A program made the position numbers and the translations under genes. The notes beneath the pieces are model-generated. The model was not told the DNA's origin, did not search any database, and saw only the letters and a list, made by a program, of their open reading frames with translations. This document shows positions 1 to 5,478 of a stretch of 32,531 nt of DNA, in pieces (the stretch's first letter is position 1; the number at the start of each line of letters is the position of its first letter). The stretch is from Planctomycetota bacterium (GTDB taxonomy: Bacteria > Planctomycetota > MHYJ01 > JACQXL01). The DNA lies in assembly GCA_016208805.1 (NCBI GenBank), contig JACQXL010000073.1, forward strand, positions 1 through 32,531. The letters run 5' to 3'.

Positions 1-94
1 ATTCTGAACGGAGTCCCGCTTCAGCGGGACGAAGTGAAGAATCTCCGTTTTATGCGTATTTGGGACGAGATTCTTCGCCCTTCGGGCTCAGAAT
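1..94. repeat. REP-like composite palindromic element (nested hairpins), truncated by window start
   Basis: Outer inverted repeat ATTCTGA (1-7)/TCAGAAT (88-94). Perfect hairpin GTCCCGC-TTCA-GCGGGAC (13-30). 10-bp inverted repeat GAAGAATCTC (37-46)/GAGATTCTTC (67-76). GCCC-TTC-GGGC hairpin (77-87). It lies just 3' of the minus-strand regulator gene, so it may also act as its terminator. Confidence 0.5.
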
Positions 95-175
95 GACACT
101 CTCCGGGTGGTCTTTTTCCCATTTCGCAAGAGTTCAGTAACTTGTTAATTTACAATGAGTTATATAAAGTTGCGC

Positions 176-907
176 CTAGTTCACCTTTACCCAAACGACC
201 GGCCAGGCCCAGAGGACGTCCGTTTCCCGGACCATCAGCGGCTCAAACCGGGGGTTAAAGAAGCGCAGGACTGCCATATCGCCGTCCAAACGGTTGAGTT
301 CGGCCAGATAGGTGCGAAAGTCGGACAGGGTCAGCAGGATAATATCGCCGAGGTAGGGTTGTTTCTGGGGTGAGATGACAAAGAACGCACCAGGCCGGAA
401 GGGCGGATAGAGGGCATCGTCCTGGAGCCGGATGCCAAAGGCGTCCGGGTCGGTCAGTCCAGCTACAGCAGGGTAGTTCTCAGATGCCTGGGTCTGGCGC
501 CAGCCGGGTGCGCCGAACTGGTTATTAACCGTTCCGCCGGAAGTGATGGCAAAGACCGGGATAAGGGGAGTCGGTCGGTCTCCCCCGACATAACTCGGGG
601 TCGGCTGGTCTTCCGGTCTTCCGGTCTGACCATCTGGCTGGTCCTCTCCCGCCATAAGTGGCGGGATCTCCACCGACTGATGTATCAGGTTTATCAGGTC
701 TTGAACCGGCACCTGTAAGAGTTCAGACAGTGATTTAAGTTTGTCGTTATCAATCTTGCTGGGGTAGCGGCCGTTGAGGAGGTCAACTAGGTAACTATAG
801 TTTATGGAGAGTTTCTCAGCCAGGACCTTCTTGGGGATGCCGCTCTTGATGCGGAGGTCTTCTATGATTTCCCAGGGGTATTTTGGTTTTTGCTCTTCCA
901 TAACCAC
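176..907 (-). CDS. XRE-family HTH regulator with C-terminal LexA/CI (S24 peptidase)-like domain that appears to lack the catalytic Ser
   Basis: 243-aa ORF. The N-terminus IKSGIPKKVLAEKLSINYSYLVDLLNGR is a Cro/C1-type helix-turn-helix. A Pro/Gly-rich linker follows. The C-terminus LQDDALYPPFRPGAFFVISPQKQPYLGDIILLTL...AVLRFFNP follows the S24 beta-barrel pattern (GDSM..GD.v.v) by eye, but has Ala where the nucleophile Ser is expected. The ORF-track start at 907 is GTG; an ATG at 901 is an alternative start. Confidence 0.75.
   Translation of the reverse strand: MVMEEQKPKYPWEIIEDLRIKSGIPKKVLAEKLSINYSYLVDLLNGRYPSKIDNDKLKSLSELLQVPVQDLINLIHQSVEIPPLMAGEDQPDGQTGRPEDQPTPSYVGGDRPTPLIPVFAITSGGTVNNQFGAPGWRQTQASENYPAVAGLTDPDAFGIRLQDDALYPPFRPGAFFVISPQKQPYLGDIILLTLSDFRTYLAELNRLDGDMAVLRFFNPRFEPLMVRETDVLWAWPVVWVKVN
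648..677 (-). repeat. 30-nt shared hairpin-containing segment, copy in the regulator linker (reverse orientation)
   Basis: The reverse complement of 648-677 is GTCGGTGGAGATCCCGCCACTTATGGCGGG, identical to 3393-3422. It is translated in frame as SVEIPPLMAG in both genes. The core is CCCGCC-ACTTAT-GGCGGG, a 6-bp stem. Confidence 0.85.
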
Positions 908-976
908 AGATGAACACAGATAAACACAGATATTTCCGGATAATTTATCAGGGTTAATCCGTGTTTATCTGTGGTT
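902..976. repeat. CACAGAT-family inverted-repeat element with no cargo between the arms
   Basis: The left arm AACCACAGATGAACACAGATAAACACAGAT (from 902) faces the right arm GTGTTTATCTGTGGTT (961-976), whose reverse complement is AACCACAGATAAACAC. It abuts the start codon of the regulator gene. Confidence 0.7.
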
Positions 977-1073
977 TCATTAAATACGGATTTTTTCCAA
1001 ATAATATTCAAGAATTATTCGTAGATATCCGATATAATAGTAACTCGTATTCTACATTAATAGCCGTAGAGTA

Positions 1074-1091
1074 CCCCGCCATACGGCGGGG
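1074..1091. repeat. GC-rich hairpin CCCCGCC-ATAC-GGCGGGG
   Basis: Perfect 7-bp stem with a 4-nt loop. The stem sequence is related to the CCCGCC/GGCGGG core of the 30-nt shared segment. No T-tract follows on either strand, so it is not a classical terminator. Confidence 0.5.
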
Positions 1092-1174
1092 CAGGCACGG
1101 ATTTATACGAACAACTTACAATGATTACGGATGAAGTCAAGAAAATATACAGAGTTTCTGAAGTTTTATGGCAA

Positions 1175-1202
1175 ATTACAGAAATAGTGATATAGTTATA
1201 AT
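1175..1202 (+). promoter_or_regulatory. Candidate sigma-70-type promoter for the ATPase-secretin block
   Basis: ATTACA (1175-1180), a 16-nt spacer, then TATAAT (1197-1202), about 125 nt upstream of the 1329 start. This is a pattern match only. Confidence 0.2.
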
Positions 1203-1328
1203 GGGGAAAAATACGGATTCCCTACGGGATTCACATAATGTTGATCCCGCAAGGGATACCGGATGCGCGATGCGGGATATGAGATGTGAGAACCCATATC
1301 GCACATCCCATATCTCGTATCGCAGTGT

Positions 1329-2261
1329 ATGAGTTACTTTAAGATTTTAGGATTGACGCAGGAGCCGTTTTCCACGAGTCCGGACCCGGTTTTCTTTTAC
1401 GAGGCCCGGGCGCACAAGACCGCACTGACCAACCTGATTATTGAACTGCGGCTCCGGAGGGGTTTGAACGTGATTTTAGGAGATGTCGGCACGGGCAAGA
1501 CGACCTTAAGCCGGAAACTGATTCAGGCGCTCTCGGTCCGGGAGGGATTCCTGTTCCATATCATCCTTGACCCGACCTTTGACCCAGCACCTACTTTGGC
1601 TGAAGGATCTACTTTAGCGTCTTGCCCTTATGCCAAAGTGGGTGCTGGGGAGTTTCTGTTCCTGTCATCTATGGTTCGGACATTCGGGATAGAGGTTGGG
1701 CCGAATGCCACTGTTTTAGACCTCAAGGAGGCGCTTAAGGCGTTCCTGTTTAAGACCGGCGTGGAAGAGCGCAAGACCCTGGTGTTGATTATAGATGAAG
1801 CCCAGAAATTGACCGAGCCGGCGCTGGAAGTCCTGCGCATCCTGTTGAACTATGAAACCAATGAGTACAAACTCCTGCAATTAGTGCTATTGGGGCAGTT
1901 GGAACTGTATTCCCGGATTATTACCATCCCGAACCTGACGGACCGGATAAGTTTCAAATACACCCTGAACCCGCTGGACGAGGACGAGACCCGGGAGATG
2001 ATAGATTTCCGTCTGCGCCAGGCGGGATATCAGGCCAGAAGCGGGTTGTTTACGGCCGGCGCGGTCAAGGAGATACACCATCACACCAAGGGCTATCCGC
2101 GCCAGGTGGCGCTTTTGTGCCACCAGGCGCTTAAACAGGCGATAATGAAAACCAGGTCAGTGGTAGATGACAAGATGGTCAAGGATGTTATCCATGAGGA
2201 GGTAAGAAACGGGTGGTCGGTGCAAACCCCGCCAAAGGCCGCATCGACTCAAATGAAATGA
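1329..2261 (+). CDS. ExeA/GspA/MshM-family AAA+ ATPase (secretin-assembly type)
   Basis: 310-aa ORF. N-terminus FKILGLTQEPFSTSPDPVFFYEARAHKTAL, Walker A GDVGTGKTT, Walker B LVLIIDEAQKL, then LQLVLLGQLEL and LNPLDEDETREMIDFRLRQAG. These are the hallmark blocks of the COG3267 ExeA family. The protein ends after the ATPase core, with no TM or peptidoglycan-binding extension. Confidence 0.85.
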   Translation: MSYFKILGLTQEPFSTSPDPVFFYEARAHKTALTNLIIELRLRRGLNVILGDVGTGKTTLSRKLIQALSVREGFLFHIILDPTFDPAPTLAEGSTLASCPYAKVGAGEFLFLSSMVRTFGIEVGPNATVLDLKEALKAFLFKTGVEERKTLVLIIDEAQKLTEPALEVLRILLNYETNEYKLLQLVLLGQLELYSRIITIPNLTDRISFKYTLNPLDEDETREMIDFRLRQAGYQARSGLFTAGAVKEIHHHTKGYPRQVALLCHQALKQAIMKTRSVVDDKMVKDVIHEEVRNGWSVQTPPKAASTQMK

Positions 2262-2400
2262 CGAATGTCTAATGACGAATGACGAAATAATGACTAAATG
2301 CTCAAATGCCGAAATTTAGGCATTAGGTCATTCGGTATTCTTTCGTCATTAGGGTTTAAACATTAGTCATTGTTTCGGATTTAGATATTCGGATTTCGTA
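2262..2400. repeat. Imperfect long palindrome built from AATGACG/CGTCATT-type heptamers
   Basis: AATGACGAATGACGAAA (2271-2287) faces TTTCGTCATT (2341-2350). AATGCC (2305-2310) faces GGCATT (2319-2324). AATGACTAAATG (2289-2300) faces CATTAGTCATT (2361-2371). The region lies between the ATPase gene and the next ORF. Confidence 0.6.
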
Positions 2401-2416
2401 TTTAAGGAGATAGTGG

Positions 2417-3208
2417 ATGGCAGGACCTGATACCACCAAAGACGGTCTGACCCCGGAAGAGCAGTTATTACGTATCATAGAGTCAGACAGTCCCGCTAAT
2501 AAGCAGTCCCGACACGGTGGTGTCGGGACTGCGGCTCAACAAAATCCGGCGGTATCAACTGATGCCACCTTAATTGAGGGGCTTCAGATAAAGGAGTCGC
2601 CCCGAACCGGACTGGTTAAGTCGCTGGGCGCGGTGTTAGGACGGTCGTTGGCCGGCCGTTCGGCGCTTAAGGTGGTCAACCGGTTGTTGATGGTGGCGCT
2701 ATTGGGGCTGGCCGGCTATCTGGCCTGGGACGTGTCCGGAACGGGCCAGGGTAATGCCGCACAAATCCCGAATACAGGCGGCGAGATAGTTGTGCCGGAT
2801 ATCCCGGCCCAGCCGCCCATTGACGAGGTGATTAAAGAGGTGGACCGACGTAATATCTTCCGGCCGGTTGAGGTCAAGATAATTGAAACCGCTACCGGAC
2901 CGACCACGCCGACCGCCACCGCGACCGGGCCGACCGTCGTTGAGGTAAAATCACCCCTTACCGAAATCATCAAAAACTTCCGGCTGATCGGAATTATGTG
3001 GTCGGCTGAAAAGCCGGTGGCCATTATTGAGGATAAGTCCTTGAATAACCAGACCCATTGCGTGGCCAAGGACGAGGAAATCTTCTCCCGGGACCAGGCC
3101 AACGCCACCCGGGAGGTGAAGATAATTATCAAGGAAATCGCCAAAGACAAGGTGATTCTCCAGTTTGAGGACGAGGAAAAGGAATTAAGGGGGGAGACAA
3201 AATGGTAA
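2417..3208 (+). CDS. Bitopic membrane protein with C-terminal GspC-HR/PilP/ExeB-like beta domain (putative secretin-interacting assembly factor)
   Basis: 263-aa ORF with an AAGGAG RBS (2404-2409) 7 nt upstream. It has a hydrophilic N-terminus, one TM (VVNRLLMVALLGLAGYLAW) and a Pro/Thr-rich linker (TGPTTPTATATGPT). The C-terminus FRLIGIMWSAEKPVAIIEDKSLNNQTHCVAKDEEIF...VKIIIKEIAKDKVILQFEDEEKEL resembles GspC-HR/PilP domains. Position and topology mirror ExeB next to ExeA. The stop overlaps the secretin start. Confidence 0.55.
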   Translation: MAGPDTTKDGLTPEEQLLRIIESDSPANKQSRHGGVGTAAQQNPAVSTDATLIEGLQIKESPRTGLVKSLGAVLGRSLAGRSALKVVNRLLMVALLGLAGYLAWDVSGTGQGNAAQIPNTGGEIVVPDIPAQPPIDEVIKEVDRRNIFRPVEVKIIETATGPTTPTATATGPTVVEVKSPLTEIIKNFRLIGIMWSAEKPVAIIEDKSLNNQTHCVAKDEEIFSRDQANATREVKIIIKEIAKDKVILQFEDEEKELRGETKW

Positions 3209-4923
3209 CCACAGATAAATCACACCATGTCGGTATGACGTGGCACAGATGGACACGGATAACACTGATATTGTTAGGGGTTCTCTGCGTGCTCGGCGTC
3301 TCTGCGGTGCGGACGGATTACCTGGCTGAAGAGAAGGTCGTGAAAGAGGCGGCGGCTCCGCCCGTAGTTAAGTTAGACCCGATTCAGGAAGGGTCGGTGG
3401 AGATCCCGCCACTTATGGCGGGGTTGAGCAAGACCTTTTCGCCCCAGGTCAAAGAGGCCAATATCCGCGATGTCCTCTGGTCGCTTAAGAAAATCGGCAA
3501 CCTTAATATCGTCACCACCAAAGAGGTGTCCGGCACGGTAACATTGTTTTTAGAGAATGTCACCATCGGCGATGCCCTGGAAATCATCCTGATTACCAAC
3601 GGTCTGGCCAGGGAAATCAAGGGCAATATCATCAATATTATGACCGAGACCCAGTACCAGGCGCTCTACGGCGACCCGTATAATAACAAACGGGTGATTC
3701 AGACCTTCAAACTCCAGTATGCCCGCCCGCGCAAGGTGTCCGCTTTCCTTGAGAAAATCAAGACCAGCGGCGGCTCTATCATTCCGGACGACGGCAGCGG
3801 CACCCTCATCGTCATAGACGTCCCGGATAAAATCAACCTCTTAGCCGAGTCCATCAAACGGCTGGATATGCCGACTGAGACCAGGACATTTGAGTTGAAA
3901 TACGCCGCGGTTGAAGATGTGGAGCCGTCCATCACCAAACTGTTGACGCCGGACTACGGCGAAATCAAGATTGATAAACGGATGAAAAAGTTGATTGTCA
4001 CGGATTCGCCCAGGAATATGGGTGTCATTGAGAATATGGTCAGGGAATTTGACTCCAAACCCAGGCAGGTGTTGATTGAGGCCAAGATGATACAGGTGAT
4101 TTTGTCCGAGGAGCATCTGATGGGCATAGACTGGCGCCAGGTATTCTCGGGGTTCTCGTCCCTGGAGAATGTCAAGTTTATGGGTTCGTTTCCGATGGGT
4201 ACCAAAGATAAGACCTGGCTGGTTCCGGATAAGATTATCAAGGGCGAGGAGACTATTGTTAAGGATGTCGTAAACCGCAACATCCTGCAGGCCCAATTCG
4301 GTACCATCGGCCAGACGCATTATCAGGCGGTTCTCCAGGCGCTCCAGGGCTACGGCACCAATAAGGTCATCTCCGCCCCGCGGCTGATTGCCTTCCAGGA
4401 AAAGGAATGTGTCTTTGAGGTAAAGACCCAGGAGGCATATACCCAGACGACCGTGACCACATCCCAGGCCACTTCCACCACATCCGAGCAGGTGATGTTC
4501 AAGGATGTGGGCGTATTCTTGAGGGTGACGCCGTCCATCAATCAGGATGGTTTTATCACAATGAAGGTGGCGCCTACGGTCAGCCAGGTGACCAAAATCT
4601 ATGAAACGCCGCAGGGCAATAAGATACCCATTGTAGAAGAGGCGACCACGACCACAACGGTCATTGTCAAAAACGGTGTCTGTATTGTCATCGGTGGGCT
4701 GATTAAAGACGACAAGTTCCAGCAAAAAATGGGCGTGCCGGTGCTTTCCAGCATCCCGCTCATCGGCGGGCTATTCGGTTCAACCCGCGATTATACCGCC
4801 AAGACCGAGACGGTGGTGTTTTTAACGCCGTCCATCGTCACCGGCGAGGCGGATTCATCAGTCATTACCAAGAAAGGCGATTTGGAAGAGAAGGAGTTGA
4901 AAGACCTGAAACCTATAAAATAA
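3202..4923 (+). CDS. Secretin (GspD/PilQ/MshL family) outer-membrane channel
   Basis: 573-aa ORF with an N-terminal signal-like segment (MTWHRWTRITLILLGVLCVLGVSAV). N0/N1-type ring domains are present (FKLQYARPRKVSAFLEKI..., FELKYAAVEDVEPSITKLL...). The C-terminal secretin core includes VLIEAKMIQV, NKVISAPRLIAFQEKE, GVFLRVTPSINQDGFITMKV, VIVKNGVCIVIGGLIKD and GVPVLSSIPLIGGLFG...TETVVFLTPSIV. An alternative start is the ATG at 3235. Confidence 0.92.
   Translation: MVTTDKSHHVGMTWHRWTRITLILLGVLCVLGVSAVRTDYLAEEKVVKEAAAPPVVKLDPIQEGSVEIPPLMAGLSKTFSPQVKEANIRDVLWSLKKIGNLNIVTTKEVSGTVTLFLENVTIGDALEIILITNGLAREIKGNIINIMTETQYQALYGDPYNNKRVIQTFKLQYARPRKVSAFLEKIKTSGGSIIPDDGSGTLIVIDVPDKINLLAESIKRLDMPTETRTFELKYAAVEDVEPSITKLLTPDYGEIKIDKRMKKLIVTDSPRNMGVIENMVREFDSKPRQVLIEAKMIQVILSEEHLMGIDWRQVFSGFSSLENVKFMGSFPMGTKDKTWLVPDKIIKGEETIVKDVVNRNILQAQFGTIGQTHYQAVLQALQGYGTNKVISAPRLIAFQEKECVFEVKTQEAYTQTTVTTSQATSTTSEQVMFKDVGVFLRVTPSINQDGFITMKVAPTVSQVTKIYETPQGNKIPIVEEATTTTTVIVKNGVCIVIGGLIKDDKFQQKMGVPVLSSIPLIGGLFGSTRDYTAKTETVVFLTPSIVTGEADSSVITKKGDLEEKELKDLKPIK
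3207..3262 (+). repeat. 56-nt CACAGAT-family repeat, copy A (inside the secretin 5' end)
   Basis: AACCACAGATAAATCACACCATGTCGGTATGACGTGGCACAGATGGACACGGATAA matches 4942-4997 with 3 mismatches. Confidence 0.85.
3393..3422 (+). repeat. 30-nt shared hairpin-containing segment, copy in the secretin N-terminal region
   Basis: GTCGGTGGAGATCCCGCCACTTATGGCGGG is identical to the reverse complement of 648-677 and encodes SVEIPPLMAG. Confidence 0.85.
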
Positions 4924-4941
4924 CAGCGTCTAACATAATGA

Positions 4942-4997
4942 AACCACAGATACATCACACCATGTCGGTATGACGTGGCACAGATGAACACCGATAA
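4942..4997 (+). repeat. 56-nt CACAGAT-family repeat, copy B (just 3' of the secretin stop)
   Basis: AACCACAGATACATCACACCATGTCGGTATGACGTGGCACAGATGAACACCGATAA. Its 3' end is one arm of a 10-bp hairpin, ACACCGATAA (4988-4997) with TTATCGGTGT (5009-5018). Confidence 0.85.
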
Positions 4998-5045
4998 ATT
5001 ATACTGGATTATCGGTGTGCATCATAAGACAGTGGAAAACAGGAT

Positions 5046-5414
5046 ATGGCCTTTGAACACAAAGAAATAATCCACGAAATACTCAATGCGTCGTTTGAGG
5101 TTCATAATACTTTAGGATGCGGATTTTTAGAAAAGGTTTACGGAAAAGCCCTCTTATATGAACTGAGGCGAAGAGGGTTAAAAGTAGAAGCACAAAAGGA
5201 GATAAAGGTTTATTACAAGAAAGTTGAGGTGGGTAATTATATCGCAGATATGATCGTTGATGGGAAGGTAATAATAGAATTGAAAACTGTTGAAGAAGTG
5301 GTTAAAATCCACGAAGCCCAATTATTAAACTACTTGAAGGCAAGCGGCTATAAAGTAGGACTTATTTTAAACTTCGCTAAGACGAAATTAGAATACAAAA
5401 GATTAGTGATGTAA
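5046..5414 (+). CDS. GxxExxY family protein (PD-(D/E)xK nuclease-like fold family)
   Basis: 122-aa ORF. The signature GCGFLEKVY matches the G-x-x-E-x-x-Y motif. Family-typical blocks are EVHNTLGCGFLEKVYGKALLYELRRRGL and ADMIVDGKVIIELKTVEEV..HEAQLLNYLKASGYKVGLILNF. Confidence 0.9.
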   Translation: MAFEHKEIIHEILNASFEVHNTLGCGFLEKVYGKALLYELRRRGLKVEAQKEIKVYYKKVEVGNYIADMIVDGKVIIELKTVEEVVKIHEAQLLNYLKASGYKVGLILNFAKTKLEYKRLVM

Positions 5415-5478
5415 AAGATGAACGCAGATAAAAATCCGTGTTTATCTGTGTGTATCTGTGGTTACAAGGAGGTTAGTT

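Larger units (their letters stand above)
4942..5462 (+). mobile_element. Candidate single-gene cassette: GxxExxY gene bounded by inverted AACCACAGATA-type termini
   Basis: Left end AACCACAGATACATCACAC (from 4942). The right end ...GTGTGTATCTGTGGTT (to 5462) has the reverse complement AACCACAGATACACAC. The interior is clearly more AT-rich than the flanking genes by eye. No transposase is present. Confidence 0.35.

Noticed and set aside
155-373. 72-aa plus-strand ORF
   Set aside because: It lies entirely antisense to the 243-aa regulator ORF, which has clear HTH and S24-like motifs. It has no recognisable motif or RBS.
3241-3256. TGGCAC in the 56-nt repeat copies (also at 4976) as additional sigma-54 promoters
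   Set aside because: No TTGC element follows at the required GG-N10-GC spacing (the sequence is TGGCACAGATGGACAC).
3841-4725. 294-aa minus-strand ORF, plus smaller ones at 3384-4541
   Set aside because: These are antisense to the secretin, whose family motifs are unambiguous. Their sequence is Arg/Gly/Leu-rich low complexity typical of shadow ORFs.
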